Notes: generated by a model not told the origin, from the sequence alone. A stretch of 64,000 nucleotides of DNA from Candidatus Firestoneibacteriota bacterium (GCA_038042445.1 JBBTED010000018.1:1-64000), one strand, 5' to 3'. Counted from the stretch's first letter, positions 9,300 through 19,882 are shown. Program-made: numbers and translations.

Positions 9300-10127
9300 G
9301 TGAAAGAGAAAATACACAAATTGGAAGAAAAAGCAAATTGGGTTCGAAAACAGGTTTTAGAAATGATTGCTTCTGCTGGTAAAGGACATATTGGAGGTGC
9401 TTTTTCCTGTACAGATATTTTAGTTGCTTTGTATTACGGAGGGATTTTACGATTCAATCCTGATGATAAAAATTGGGATGGACGTGATAGGTTTATTTTG
9501 AGTAAAGGTCATTCTGGTGCTGCTTTATATGCTATACTTTCGGATCTTGGATATTTTTCTCCTTCTGAGTTGTGTAATTATCAGAAAAAGGGTTGCATAT
9601 TGGGTGGGCATCCTGACAAAAAAATCCCAGGTATAGAAGCTGATACAGGTTCTTTAGGTCATGGTCTTGGTTTAGGGGCAGGACTCGCATTAAGTGCAAA
9701 AATGGATAAGAAAGATTTTATGACTTTCGTGTTACTTGGAGATGGTGAATCTTATGAAGGGTCAGTATGGGAAGCATCTATGTTTGCAGGTCATCATAGA
9801 TTAAATAATCTTGTTGCAATTACAGATAGAAATGGGTTATGTGTTACTGATTTTCTCAAAGATTGTCTTGAAATAGATCCCTTAGAAGATAAATGGAAAG
9901 CATTTGGCTGGGATGTTGTTATTGTTAATGGGCATTCTTATGAAGAACTTCTTTTTGCTTTAAAAGATTTTCGTTCAAGAAAATCAGATAAGCCACTAAT
10001 GATAATTGCAAAAACTATTAAAGGCAAAGGTGTTTCTTTTATGGAAAGCAATCTTGATTATCATCACAGTGTTCCAAAAGGCGAACAACTCGAAATAGCG
10101 AGAAAAGAATTAAATGAAAAATTATGA
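9300..10127 (+). CDS. Transketolase-like, N-terminal (TPP-binding) subunit
   Basis: GHIGG, RDRFILSKGH, TGSLGHGL, LGDGE..EG..WEA, TIKGKG. Confidence 0.92.
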   Translation: MKEKIHKLEEKANWVRKQVLEMIASAGKGHIGGAFSCTDILVALYYGGILRFNPDDKNWDGRDRFILSKGHSGAALYAILSDLGYFSPSELCNYQKKGCILGGHPDKKIPGIEADTGSLGHGLGLGAGLALSAKMDKKDFMTFVLLGDGESYEGSVWEASMFAGHHRLNNLVAITDRNGLCVTDFLKDCLEIDPLEDKWKAFGWDVVIVNGHSYEELLFALKDFRSRKSDKPLMIIAKTIKGKGVSFMESNLDYHHSVPKGEQLEIARKELNEKL

Positions 10128-11065
10128 ATATGAAGATGAGTGATATTGATTTGCGTGTTGCATTTTTTGATGAATTGTATGAGATAGCTAAGATTGATTC
10201 TAATGTTATTTTTCTAACTGCAGATATGGGAGCTTATAGTCTTGGCAAGTTTAAAAAAGATCTTAAAAAACAATATATTAATGTAGGTATAGCTGAACAA
10301 AATATGGTTAGTGTAGCTGCTGGTTTGGCATTGGGTGGAAAAACTGTTTTTATATATACAATAGTTCCATTTGCAACTTTGCGTTGTTATGAACAAATCA
10401 AAATTGATTTATGCTGTATGAATTTGCCTGTAACTATTGTGGGAGTTGGCGTAGGGCTTACTTATGGAAGTGATGGACCGACACATCATGGGACACAAGA
10501 TATTGCTGTTATGCGGGCGCTTCCTGAAATTACTATATTGAGCCCATCTGATTCTGCTATTACTGCAGCATCTGCTAAAATAGCATATAAAAATTCTGGT
10601 CCAACATATATACGAATTGATAAAGGTAAATATCCGGCACTTTATGAAAAAGAAAGTGATTTTTCAGATGGGTTATCTATGTTAAAAGAAGGTAAAGACA
10701 TAATTATTATTTCTACTGGAATTATGGTTCATCAGGCTTTAAAAGTAGCCCAAAATCTTGCTAATCATTCCATATCAGTTGGAGTTATTGATTTGTATAG
10801 AATTAAACCGTTAAATACAGAATTGCTATTAAAATTTATTAGCAATTCTAAACGTATTGTTACATTAGAAGAAAATACAATTATCGGTGGAATTGGAAGT
10901 ATTGTAAGCGAAGTTTTAAGTGATTATGAAAGAAATATTTCTTTGAAACGTATAGCAATTCCAGACAAACATTGTTTTGAGTCAGGAGATAGAGAATACT
11001 TGCATACATTGCACAACTTAGATGTTGACAATGTTGTAAACACTATTTTACAATGGTCAAATTGA
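10124..11065 (+). CDS. Transketolase-like, C-terminal (pyrimidine-binding) subunit
   Basis: NVGIAEQNM, RCYEQIK, DGPTHH, TLEEN..GG.GS. Confidence 0.92.
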   Translation: MNMKMSDIDLRVAFFDELYEIAKIDSNVIFLTADMGAYSLGKFKKDLKKQYINVGIAEQNMVSVAAGLALGGKTVFIYTIVPFATLRCYEQIKIDLCCMNLPVTIVGVGVGLTYGSDGPTHHGTQDIAVMRALPEITILSPSDSAITAASAKIAYKNSGPTYIRIDKGKYPALYEKESDFSDGLSMLKEGKDIIIISTGIMVHQALKVAQNLANHSISVGVIDLYRIKPLNTELLLKFISNSKRIVTLEENTIIGGIGSIVSEVLSDYERNISLKRIAIPDKHCFESGDREYLHTLHNLDVDNVVNTILQWSN

Positions 11066-11086
11066 TGTTGTATTACAATAGTTTTT

Positions 11087-11145
11087 TGTCACTCTGAACT
11101 TGTTTCAGGGGCTAAAAGAGATGCTGAAATAAATTCAGCATGACA
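11087..11145. repeat. Intergenic double-hairpin element, family B (short form)
   Basis: tgtcactctgaacttgtttcaggggct-aaaag-agatgctgaaataaattcagcatgaca. Confidence 0.9.
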
Positions 11146-11166
11146 GAACGAGTCAAAAGGAAAGCT

Positions 11167-11952
11167 ATGGACTTGAAAATTAAAGGAAAATATGCGCTTG
11201 TTACAGGTGGAACTCATGGTATTGGTTTAAGTATTGCATTGGCATTAGCTGATGAAGGTTGTAATGTTGCTGTTTGTTCACGAGATAGTGAACGTGTAAA
11301 AAAAACAGTATCAGAATTAAAAGCAAAAGGTGTGGATTGTATAGGAATACAGGCTGATGTTATGATTGAATCTGATATTAAAAAAGTAATGAAAACTGTT
11401 ACAGCTAAATGGGGTACAATTCATATTTTAATAAATAATGTTGGTGGTGGTGGTAGATGGGGTAGTGAAATAGTTGAAGAGACAAAAGAAGAAGTATGGT
11501 TAGAAGTATATAATAAGAATGCATTATCATCAATACGATTTACTACTTTAGCTATTCCTTTTATGCGTAGGCAAAAATGGGGCCGTGTAGTTACAATAAC
11601 TTCAATATTTGGTAGAGAAGGCGGTGGCAGGCCATGGTTTAGTATGGCAAAAACAGCTCAGACAAGTCTTATGAAAGCATTGGCAATTAAACATTATTTG
11701 GCTGAAGATGGTATTACTTTTAATAGTGTAGCTCCAGGTGCCATAATGATACCAGATACAGGTTGGGAAAAATTAGAAAAAGAAAATCCTAAAGAACTAA
11801 AAGAATTTATTGACAAAGAACTACCTTTGGGACGTTTAGGAACTCCTGATGAAATAGCAAATGTTGTAGTTTTTATGTGTTCTGAGAAAGCAAGCTTACT
11901 CAATGGTACGTCTGTTCCTGTAGATGGTGGCCAAAGTAAAAGTAACATTTAA
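11167..11952 (+). CDS. Classical SDR oxidoreductase (FabG-like fold)
   Basis: TGGTHGIG, LINNVG, N.VAPG, PLGRLG.P.E, VDGG. The track start at 11140 lies inside the repeat, so ATG 11167 is preferred. Confidence 0.88.
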   Translation: MDLKIKGKYALVTGGTHGIGLSIALALADEGCNVAVCSRDSERVKKTVSELKAKGVDCIGIQADVMIESDIKKVMKTVTAKWGTIHILINNVGGGGRWGSEIVEETKEEVWLEVYNKNALSSIRFTTLAIPFMRRQKWGRVVTITSIFGREGGGRPWFSMAKTAQTSLMKALAIKHYLAEDGITFNSVAPGAIMIPDTGWEKLEKENPKELKEFIDKELPLGRLGTPDEIANVVVFMCSEKASLLNGTSVPVDGGQSKSNI

Positions 11953-11959
11953 TGATAAT

Positions 11960-11980
11960 GTAGTTGCCGATTTATCGGCG
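11960..11980 (+). repeat. REP-like palindrome, family A
   Basis: gtagttgccgatttatcggcg. Confidence 0.85.
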
Positions 11981-11999
11981 TTTTAATAGGAGTTTTCAA

Positions 12000-12683
12000 A
12001 TGAAAGTATCACTGGTTATTTTTTCATTAAATGAAATAGACGGAATGAAAGCCATTATGCCACAGATTAAAAAAGAATGGTATGATGAATTGATTATTGT
12101 AGATGGTGGTTCTACAGATGGAACTATTGAATATGCTAAAGAGAACGGCTATTTTATATTTATTCAAAAAGAAAAAGGTACAGGCGCTGCATTTGCAGAA
12201 GCTATGGAAAAAGTAACAGGAGATATAGTTGTTATATTTAGCCCTGATGGAAATTCTATTCCTGAAGCAATTCCAAAATTAGTAGACAAGATGAAAGAAG
12301 GGTATGATATGGTTATTGCTTCCAGATATTTAAAAGGCGCTAAAAGTTATGATGATGACAGAATTACTTCTTTTGGGAATTGGATGTTTACTACATTAAT
12401 AAATGTATTATTTGGAGCACATTATACAGATTCTTTGGTTATGTACAGAGCGTTCAAAAAAAATCTGGTTAAAGACTTGAATGTATATACAAAACTTCCT
12501 GCATGGGGAAGTTCAATGTTGATACGCGCTACAAGAAAAAAATTAAAAGTCACTGAAATTTCTGCAGATGAACCAAAAAGAATAGGCGGGGAAAGAAAAA
12601 TGCAGCCTTTAAAAAATGGCTTATGTGAGTTAACTGTAATTCTTAAGGAATTTTTTACGAGAAATCAAAAAAATGGCAAATAA
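12000..12683 (+). CDS. GT2 glycosyltransferase, DPM1/polyprenol-phosphate glycosyltransferase-like
   Basis: NE, VDGGSTDGT, SPDG (DxD variant), GYDMVIASRY, TDS, E..RIGGERK; AGGAG before ATG 12000. Confidence 0.85.
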   Translation: MKVSLVIFSLNEIDGMKAIMPQIKKEWYDELIIVDGGSTDGTIEYAKENGYFIFIQKEKGTGAAFAEAMEKVTGDIVVIFSPDGNSIPEAIPKLVDKMKEGYDMVIASRYLKGAKSYDDDRITSFGNWMFTTLINVLFGAHYTDSLVMYRAFKKNLVKDLNVYTKLPAWGSSMLIRATRKKLKVTEISADEPKRIGGERKMQPLKNGLCELTVILKEFFTRNQKNGK

Positions 12684-13650
12684 TTATTTTGAGGGGAAAA
12701 AAGTTTTAGTAACGGGTGGAACTGGTTTCATTGGAGCAAATCTAATAAAAAGACTTCTTTTATTAAATGCAGATATTACTGCTACTATTCATAAAAAAGA
12801 TCCTGTTATAGTAGATGAGAAAATCAAATATAAAAAATGTGACTTGACTAAAATGGAAGATTGCAAGCATGCAGTAGATGGTATGGATTATGTTTTTGTA
12901 TGTTCGGCAAATACTTCAGGTGCTGCTACAATTGATAAAACCCCTTTGGTTCATGTTACTCCAAATATTCTTATGAATTCACAGTTGCTTGAAGCTGCTT
13001 ATTTTGCGAGAGTGAAAAAATTATTATGGATTGGTAGTTCAACAGGTTATCCGCCTTCAGGAGATAGAAAGATTAAAGAAGAAGAAATGATGAATGGAGA
13101 TCCGTATGACACATATTTTGGTGTTGGATGGATGAAAAGATATACTGAAATTCTTTGCAGATTGTATTCTGAAAAACTGAAAAATCCTATGACAACAGTT
13201 GTTTTAAGGCCTACAAATATTTATGGAGAATATGATGATTTTGAATTTGAAACATCGCATGTTTTTGCAGCTTTAATTAGAAGGGTTGTTGAAAAGCGTA
13301 ATCCAATTGAAGTTTGGGGAACTGGCGATGATGTTCGAGATTTGATGTATGTTGATGATTTTGTTGATTCTATGTTGCTTGCAATGGAAAAAGTGAATTG
13401 CTATAATCCTATTAATATAGGTTATGGTAAAGGATTCAGTATTAAAGAGCTACTTAAAATAATGCTTGAAATTGATGGATATACTAATGCTAAGGTTGTT
13501 TTTAATTCTTCTAAACCTTCAATGATTCCTATACGGTTGGTAGATACAACTAAAGCTGAAACTGTTTTAGGGTTTAAGCCAAAAACTGAATTGAAGGAAG
13601 GAATAAAAAAAACAATTAAATGGTATAGAGAAAATAAAAAAGAAGGATAA
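12673..13650 (+). CDS. Extended SDR, NDP-sugar epimerase/reductase (GDP-fucose synthase-like)
   Basis: TGGTGFIG, RPTNIYGEYD.F...SHV, VWGTG...RD.MYVDD. Confidence 0.85.
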   Translation: MANNYFEGKKVLVTGGTGFIGANLIKRLLLLNADITATIHKKDPVIVDEKIKYKKCDLTKMEDCKHAVDGMDYVFVCSANTSGAATIDKTPLVHVTPNILMNSQLLEAAYFARVKKLLWIGSSTGYPPSGDRKIKEEEMMNGDPYDTYFGVGWMKRYTEILCRLYSEKLKNPMTTVVLRPTNIYGEYDDFEFETSHVFAALIRRVVEKRNPIEVWGTGDDVRDLMYVDDFVDSMLLAMEKVNCYNPINIGYGKGFSIKELLKIMLEIDGYTNAKVVFNSSKPSMIPIRLVDTTKAETVLGFKPKTELKEGIKKTIKWYRENKKEG

Positions 13651-13654
13651 TAAA

Positions 13655-15211
13655 ATGACAAGTGAAGTTTTGCAAAATAAAGATGTTGATGTGTTATTAA
13701 TTTATCCAAAAACAGGGATAGATATTGGAGCAACAGTGGCTCCTCCACATGCTCTTTTGACGATTGCTGCACCACTTCATAATAAAGGATATAAAGTAAA
13801 AATAATTGATCAAAGGGTAGAGCATAATTGGAAAGCTCATTTGGTTGCTTCTTTGCAAAAAAAACCGATTTGTATTGGAATTTCTTCTATGACTGGTACA
13901 CAGATTTATTTTGCTATTGAAATAGCAAAAATTATTAGGAAAATCACAGATGGAAAAATTCCAATAATTTGGGGTGGGGCTCATCCTTCTAGTGTTCCAG
14001 AACAAACTTTACAAAGTGAATATGTGGATGTAGTGTGCATTGGAGAAGGTGATATAACTTTTTTGGAAATAGTGGAAGCTTTACAAGGCAATAGATCTTT
14101 AAACCAAATCAATGGAATCGTTTTTAAAGATGGTGAACAAATAATAATGACTCCTAAACGTGTTTTACTTGATGTGGAAACACTTTTGCCTGTGCCTTGG
14201 GAGTTAATAAATGTTGAAAATTATATTCATAGGGATTTTTATATCAAAGGTACTAACAGAAGTTTAGATATTGGTCAAACCAGCAGAGGTTGCCCTTTTC
14301 AATGCGGTTTTTGTTCAAGTGCAACTTTAAGGCAGAGAAAATGGCGAGATATGTCAGTTGAAAAATCATTAGATAGGATTTTAGAGCCAATAAAAAGATT
14401 TAATCTTGATGGTATATGGATAAGGGATGATGAATTTTATATAGATAGAAATAGAACACATAAAATATGTGAAGGAATAATTAAATCAGGTTTCAAAATA
14501 AGATGGTATACATCTGGCACTCGTGTTGATATTTTTAATAAATGGACTGATGAAGAAATAATGATATTGAAAAAAAGTGGAGCTGATACTTTAAAATTTG
14601 GCGCTGAATCTGGATCCAACAGAATTTTAGATTTAATGAAAAAAGGTATACATCGTGAAGATACAGTAAAAGCAAATTTAAAAGCAAAAAGATGTGGTAT
14701 AATTCCGGTTTTTGCTTTAATGGTTGGTTTTCCAACAGAGACATTTGATGATATAAATCAAACCATAGATCTTTTTATACAGCTTAAAAAAGATAATCCT
14801 AAAGCACAATTCGAGACCATTGGTGCGTTTACGGCTTTACCTTTAACTCCTTTATTTGATTTAGCATTAAAAATGGGATTAAAATCGCCACAAAAATTAG
14901 AAGAATGGATGGATTGGCTTTCTGATGAATATGATCTTGAAGGCAGAAAAATGCCATGGTTTACTTATTCTGAGAGAAAAAAAATAGGGAATTTAACTTA
15001 TACAAGTATACTTGCAAATGCTTCAAAAAATGCTATAGGTAGCGTAGATAATGATTTTTTACGATTTTTCTTAAAAGCGGTATTTATACCAATTAGTATT
15101 TTTGAGAAATTTAAACTTAAAAGAAAATGGTATGGTTTTGCTCCGGAGTTACCTATGGCAAGATATCTTCGGAAGAAAATTTTCTATCAACGCAGTAAAA
15201 GTATAAAATGA
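13655..15211 (+). CDS. Cobalamin-binding-domain radical SAM protein
   Basis: VLLIYP, GISSMTG.Q, WGGAHPS, GEGD, SRGCPFQCGFC, GAESGS, GFPTET. Confidence 0.92.
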   Translation: MTSEVLQNKDVDVLLIYPKTGIDIGATVAPPHALLTIAAPLHNKGYKVKIIDQRVEHNWKAHLVASLQKKPICIGISSMTGTQIYFAIEIAKIIRKITDGKIPIIWGGAHPSSVPEQTLQSEYVDVVCIGEGDITFLEIVEALQGNRSLNQINGIVFKDGEQIIMTPKRVLLDVETLLPVPWELINVENYIHRDFYIKGTNRSLDIGQTSRGCPFQCGFCSSATLRQRKWRDMSVEKSLDRILEPIKRFNLDGIWIRDDEFYIDRNRTHKICEGIIKSGFKIRWYTSGTRVDIFNKWTDEEIMILKKSGADTLKFGAESGSNRILDLMKKGIHREDTVKANLKAKRCGIIPVFALMVGFPTETFDDINQTIDLFIQLKKDNPKAQFETIGAFTALPLTPLFDLALKMGLKSPQKLEEWMDWLSDEYDLEGRKMPWFTYSERKKIGNLTYTSILANASKNAIGSVDNDFLRFFLKAVFIPISIFEKFKLKRKWYGFAPELPMARYLRKKIFYQRSKSIK

Positions 15212-15247
15212 CAATTTGATAGTGTCAAAAGTAGTATGAAAGGATAT

Positions 15248-15306
15248 TGTCACCCTGAACTTGTTTCAGGGTCTAAAATAGATGCTGAAATAAATTCAGC
15301 ATGACA
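15248..15306. repeat. Intergenic double-hairpin element, family B (short form)
   Basis: tgtcaccctgaacttgtttcagggtct-aaaat-agatgctgaaataaattcagcatgaca. Confidence 0.9.
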
Positions 15307-15325
15307 GTTTAAAGGGGATTTTTAA

Positions 15326-16816
15326 ATGAAAAAGAAAATAATACTTGCAACTGTTAATGCAAAGAAAAATCTTTATGCTGCTACAGCTGATGAATTTTCA
15401 GCTATTGCACCTAATTTGCAAATGGGGTTATTAACTGCGTATATAAAGTCAAAAAATATAGATGTTGATATGATTGATTCAGAATTAAATAGAATATCAA
15501 TTGATGGATTGATTGATATAATAGAAAAAGAAGAACCATTGCTTTTAGGTATTATTTGTTCTGGAGCTAATCCTTCATCTTCAACAATGACAATGTCAGG
15601 AGTTATAGAATTTTTCAATAAATTTAAACAAAGAAATCTTAAAGTAATATCATTTGTATGGGGTGCTCATCCTACAGTTTTACCTGAAAGAACATTAAGA
15701 GAGACAAATGCAGATTTTATTGTAAGGGGAGAAGGGTATGAAACTATAGTAGAATTATTTAATGCTTTGTCTTGTAATTCCAAAATAGATAATGAGGAAT
15801 TGATAAAATTCCGAATGGCAGGTATTTCTTATTTGCAAAAAATTGGATTAAATGCTGAAACTAAATATATACAAAACAATGATGTCCCATTGCTTAAGAA
15901 TTTAGATGAATTGCCAATGGTAGATTGGGAGACAATGCATCCATCTAAGTATAGGGCTCATAACTGGCATTGTTTTGGAGATATAAATAACAGAACCCCT
16001 TATGCAATTATTTGGACAAGTTTTGGATGTTCATTTAAATGTGTTTACTGTTCTATTAATAATTTGTTTGGCAGAAGAATACAACGTTTTAGGAGTGTGG
16101 ATAGCGTTATTAAAGAAATAAGCGTATTAGTGGAAAAATATAATGTGAAACATTTAAAAATACTGGATGAACTTTTTGTTATTAATCCTAAAAGAATGGA
16201 CGAATTTTGTGACAGACTTGAGGAAAAAGGATATAATTTAAATATGTGGGCATATTCCAGGGTAGATACTATAAATAGACATTTACTTAAAAGATTAAAA
16301 AAAGTAGGACTAAATTGGATTTCTTATGGATTTGAAACAGCAACTCCTGAAATACTTAAAAGCATAGAAAAAGGGTGTGCTCATAATTATGATGAAGTTG
16401 TAAAAATGACACAGGATGAAGGCTTGTCTATTTGCGCAGATGTTATGTGTGGATTGCCAGATGATGATGCAGATGCAATGAAACGAACCTATGATTTTCT
16501 AGTAAAGTATAATTTTGAATGGGTAAATATATATCCTATGTTTGCATATCCGGGAACAAAACTTTTTAAAGATACAGGCGATGCTAATTTATGGAAAACT
16601 TATGCGTTGTATGGATATGAATGTTCGCCTGCAGGGACAAAGTATCTTACTCCAAAAGAAGCGCTTAAATTTCGCGATGAAACATTTGCAAAATATCATA
16701 GCAGAAGTGAATATCTTAGTATGATTGAAAAAAAATTTGGGGTTGATACAAAAGACCACATAATAAAAATGGTCAATACTCCACTTAAAAGAAAAATATT
16801 AGAAAGCAATGTGTAG
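15326..16816 (+). CDS. Cobalamin-binding-domain radical SAM protein
   Basis: WGAHPT, RGEG, SFGCSFKCVYC, DELF, GLP.D, AYPGT. Confidence 0.9.
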   Translation: MKKKIILATVNAKKNLYAATADEFSAIAPNLQMGLLTAYIKSKNIDVDMIDSELNRISIDGLIDIIEKEEPLLLGIICSGANPSSSTMTMSGVIEFFNKFKQRNLKVISFVWGAHPTVLPERTLRETNADFIVRGEGYETIVELFNALSCNSKIDNEELIKFRMAGISYLQKIGLNAETKYIQNNDVPLLKNLDELPMVDWETMHPSKYRAHNWHCFGDINNRTPYAIIWTSFGCSFKCVYCSINNLFGRRIQRFRSVDSVIKEISVLVEKYNVKHLKILDELFVINPKRMDEFCDRLEEKGYNLNMWAYSRVDTINRHLLKRLKKVGLNWISYGFETATPEILKSIEKGCAHNYDEVVKMTQDEGLSICADVMCGLPDDDADAMKRTYDFLVKYNFEWVNIYPMFAYPGTKLFKDTGDANLWKTYALYGYECSPAGTKYLTPKEALKFRDETFAKYHSRSEYLSMIEKKFGVDTKDHIIKMVNTPLKRKILESNV

Positions 16817-16832
16817 TTGCCGATTTATCGGC
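16813..16832 (+). repeat. REP-like palindrome, family A; its GTAG supplies the TAG stop of 15326..16816
   Basis: gtagttgccgatttatcggc, TAG at 16814-16816. Confidence 0.85.
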
Positions 16833-16866
16833 ATTAATTGTATTTGTTTCTTAAAAGGATAAAAAT

Positions 16867-17811
16867 ATGAAAACAAAAAAAACAATTCTTGTTACTGGTG
16901 CAGCTGGATATATAGGTTCAGTGTTAGTTCCTGCATTATTGAAAAAGGGTTATAAAGTAATTGCTGTGGACAGTTTTATATATAGTCAAACTTCTTTAAC
17001 TGATTGTTGCTATGATGAGAATTTGACTATAGTAAGAGGTGATGCCCGTGACAAAAATTTGATTTCAAAATATTTAAAAAATGCTGATGTTATTTTCCCA
17101 TTAGCATGTCTTACAGGCGCTCCTATTTGTTCAGTAAAGCCTATTGAAGCAACTACAACAAATTTAGATGCTATAAAATTATTATTAAAACTTCGCAGTC
17201 CAAATCAGTCTGTTATATTTCCAACAACTAATAGTGGGTATGGGATAGGGCAAAAAGGAAAATTTTGCGATGAAAATACACCTTTAAATCCTATTTCTCT
17301 TTACGGTAAATTAAAAGTAGATGCAGAAAATGCTATTTTAAATTCAGGTAATAGTATTACATTAAGGCTTGCTACTGTATTTGGGGTAAGTCCGAGGATG
17401 CGTCTTGACCTTTTAGTTAATGATTTCACTTATAGAGCAGTATTTGATAAATTCATTATACTTTTCGAATCACATTTTAAAAGAAATTATGTACATATAC
17501 GTGATGTTGTTAAAGTTTTTATCCACTGTTTTGAGAATTTTAGTAAAATGAAAAATGAATCCTATAATGTTGGATTAAGTAGTTGCAATATAAGTAAATT
17601 GGAATTATGTCAGGAGATTAAGAAACAAATTCCTAATTTTTATTTTGTGGAATCTGCAATAGGAGAAGATCCGGATAAAAGAGATTATATTGTAAGTAAT
17701 GCCAAAATTGAAAAAACAGGTTTTAAACCTGGTTTTTCTCTTTCTATGGGTATTACAGAACTAATAAAAGGATATCAAATCTTGAGAAACAATAAGTATT
17801 CTAATATTTAG
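16867..17811 (+). CDS. NAD-dependent NDP-sugar epimerase/dehydratase (extended SDR)
   Basis: TGAAGYIG, YGKLK, LRLATVFG.SPRMRLDLLVN, D.RDY. Confidence 0.88.
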   Translation: MKTKKTILVTGAAGYIGSVLVPALLKKGYKVIAVDSFIYSQTSLTDCCYDENLTIVRGDARDKNLISKYLKNADVIFPLACLTGAPICSVKPIEATTTNLDAIKLLLKLRSPNQSVIFPTTNSGYGIGQKGKFCDENTPLNPISLYGKLKVDAENAILNSGNSITLRLATVFGVSPRMRLDLLVNDFTYRAVFDKFIILFESHFKRNYVHIRDVVKVFIHCFENFSKMKNESYNVGLSSCNISKLELCQEIKKQIPNFYFVESAIGEDPDKRDYIVSNAKIEKTGFKPGFSLSMGITELIKGYQILRNNKYSNI

Positions 17812-17816
17812 TGGGT

Positions 17817-17852
17817 TTCCCCTCTTTGAAAAAGAGGGGGTAGGGGAGATTT
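17817..17852. repeat. CCCCT..AGGGG hairpin element, family C
   Basis: ttcccctctttgaaaaagagggggtaggggagattt; the reverse complement resembles the copy at 58491-58525. Confidence 0.7.
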
Positions 17853-17859
17853 TGTAAAT

Positions 17860-18840
17860 ATGATTATAAGTAAAACACCTTTTAGAATCTCATTTTTTGG
17901 TGGTGGAACAGATTATCCTGCATGGTATATGAAACATTGTGGGGCTGTACTTTCTACTACAATAAATAAATATTGTTATATAACTTGTAGGTATTTGCCA
18001 CCATTTTTTAAACACAAATATAGAATAGTTCATTCGAGGATTGAAAATATAAATAATGTAAATGAAATAGAACACCCTGCTGTCCGAGGTGTGTTGCAGT
18101 TTTTGAATATTAAAGAAGGACTTGCAATACATCATGAGGGGGATTTGCCTGCACGGTCAGGTATAGGTTCAAGTTCTTCATTTACAGTAGGATTACTTCA
18201 TTCACTTTATGCTTTGAAAGAATTGATGCCTACAAAGATGAAATTGGCTAAGGAATCTATACATATTGAACAGGATATATTAAAAGAAAATGTAGGTTCT
18301 CAGGATCAGGTTGAAGTTGCTTATGGTGGATTAAATAAAATAAGTTTTAATACTGATGGTGAATTTCAGGTGGAACCGATAATTTTGAATAAAGAAAGAC
18401 TTCAGTTGTTTCAGGATCATCTACTCTTTTATTTTACAGGTTTTTCAAGAAATGCTTCTGAAATCGCTAAAGAACAAATTAAAAATACGGAAAATAAGAA
18501 GAAAGAACTTAATATTATGCATCAAATGGTTCAGGAAGGAGTACAAATTTTAACAGGCAATTCAGATATTACTGAATTCGGAAAATTGTTAAATGAATCA
18601 TGGAAACTTAAACGTAGTTTGACTAATAAAATATCAACTCCTGATATTGATAATTTATATGAAATAGCTATGAGATCTGGTGCAGTTGGCGGAAAATTAC
18701 TTGGCGCTGGCGGCGGTGGATTTATATTGTTTTTTGCAAGTCCGTCTGCTCATAAAAAGATAAAGGAAAAACTTAAAAATATTTTAAATGTATCTTTTAA
18801 ATTCGAAAATTATGGAAGCCAGATTGTTTTTTATGCATAA
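17860..18840 (+). CDS. GHMP-family sugar kinase, HddA (heptose-7-phosphate kinase)-like
   Basis: TPFRISFFGGGTD, P.RSG.GSSS, GSQDQ, GGKLLGAGGGGF. Confidence 0.88.
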   Translation: MIISKTPFRISFFGGGTDYPAWYMKHCGAVLSTTINKYCYITCRYLPPFFKHKYRIVHSRIENINNVNEIEHPAVRGVLQFLNIKEGLAIHHEGDLPARSGIGSSSSFTVGLLHSLYALKELMPTKMKLAKESIHIEQDILKENVGSQDQVEVAYGGLNKISFNTDGEFQVEPIILNKERLQLFQDHLLFYFTGFSRNASEIAKEQIKNTENKKKELNIMHQMVQEGVQILTGNSDITEFGKLLNESWKLKRSLTNKISTPDIDNLYEIAMRSGAVGGKLLGAGGGGFILFFASPSAHKKIKEKLKNILNVSFKFENYGSQIVFYA

Positions 18841-18855
18841 CTCAATTTTTTAAAT

Positions 18856-19839
18856 ATGTATACCAATAAAAAAATTTCCCCCAAAATTCTTTTGAAACTT
18901 TATACTATTATCTTTAAGATTAGAAAAGTTCAACTAAAAATTGAGGAATTATATCCTAAAGATGAAATGAAAACGCCTGTTCATCTTTGTATTGGACAGG
19001 AAGCAGTTGCTGCAGGAGTGTGTATAAATTTAAAGAAAAAAGATTATGTATTTAGTAACCATCGTGGGCATGGTCATTATATAGCTAAAGGTGGAAATTT
19101 AAAGTCAATGATATCTGAGTTGTACTGTAAGGAAACAGGTTGTTCTAAAGGAAGAGGCGGTTCAATGCACTTAATTGATACATCAGTTGGGTTGTTAGGT
19201 TCTTCTGCAATTGTAGGAGGTGGAATACCTGTAGCTACTGGAGCGGCATTATCATCTTATATTAAAAACGACAATAAAGTTACTGTTGTTTTTTTTGGCG
19301 ACGGTGCTTCTGAAGAAGGTACTTTATATGAAAGTCTTAATTTTGCAAAACTAAAAAATCTTCCAATAATATTTGTTTGTGAAAACAATTTATATTCGGT
19401 TTATACGTATATTGCAAAAAGGCAGTATGGCAAAGATATTTATTTAAAAGCAAAAGGATTTGGAATACCTTCTTTTAGTGTAGATGGAATAAATGTTTTT
19501 GATGTGTATTCAAAAGCTAAAGAAGCAATTGAAAGAGCACGTAAAAAGCAAGGTCCAACATTTTTAGAATTTAAGGTTGCAAGGTGGAGAGACCATGCTG
19601 GTACAGGGGATCATTATAAAAATGAGTATAGAAATATAAAAGAACATGAAGAACATTTGAAAAAATGTCCGCTTGAAAAACTACAAAATAGTTTAATAAA
19701 ATTAAAGTTGTTAAATTCTAATAAAATAAAAGAAATTAGTAAAAAGTTGGACTTAGAGATAGAGAGTGCTTTTGCGTATGCTCAAAAAGGTCCTTTGCCG
19801 GACAAGAACGAATTAACAAAACATCTTTTTTCGGAGTAA
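18856..19839 (+). CDS. TPP-dependent dehydrogenase E1 alpha-like subunit
   Basis: HLCIGQEA, HRGHGH, GRGGSMH, FFGDGA.EEG, CENN. Confidence 0.92.
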   Translation: MYTNKKISPKILLKLYTIIFKIRKVQLKIEELYPKDEMKTPVHLCIGQEAVAAGVCINLKKKDYVFSNHRGHGHYIAKGGNLKSMISELYCKETGCSKGRGGSMHLIDTSVGLLGSSAIVGGGIPVATGAALSSYIKNDNKVTVVFFGDGASEEGTLYESLNFAKLKNLPIIFVCENNLYSVYTYIAKRQYGKDIYLKAKGFGIPSFSVDGINVFDVYSKAKEAIERARKKQGPTFLEFKVARWRDHAGTGDHYKNEYRNIKEHEEHLKKCPLEKLQNSLIKLKLLNSNKIKEISKKLDLEIESAFAYAQKGPLPDKNELTKHLFSE

Positions 19840-19882
19840 ATTATACTGTATCCTTAAAACATACAGCATAAGGGAAAAAATT

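Noticed and set aside
11140..11999. Track starts at 11140 and 11964
   Set aside because: Both fall inside palindromic repeats; ATGs at 11167 and 12000 match the domain starts.
1002..16816. Hopanoid tailoring locus (HpnH/HpnJ/HpnI-like)
   Set aside because: No squalene synthase, squalene-hopene cyclase or HpnN-type transporter is in the window; it cannot be fully excluded without a search.
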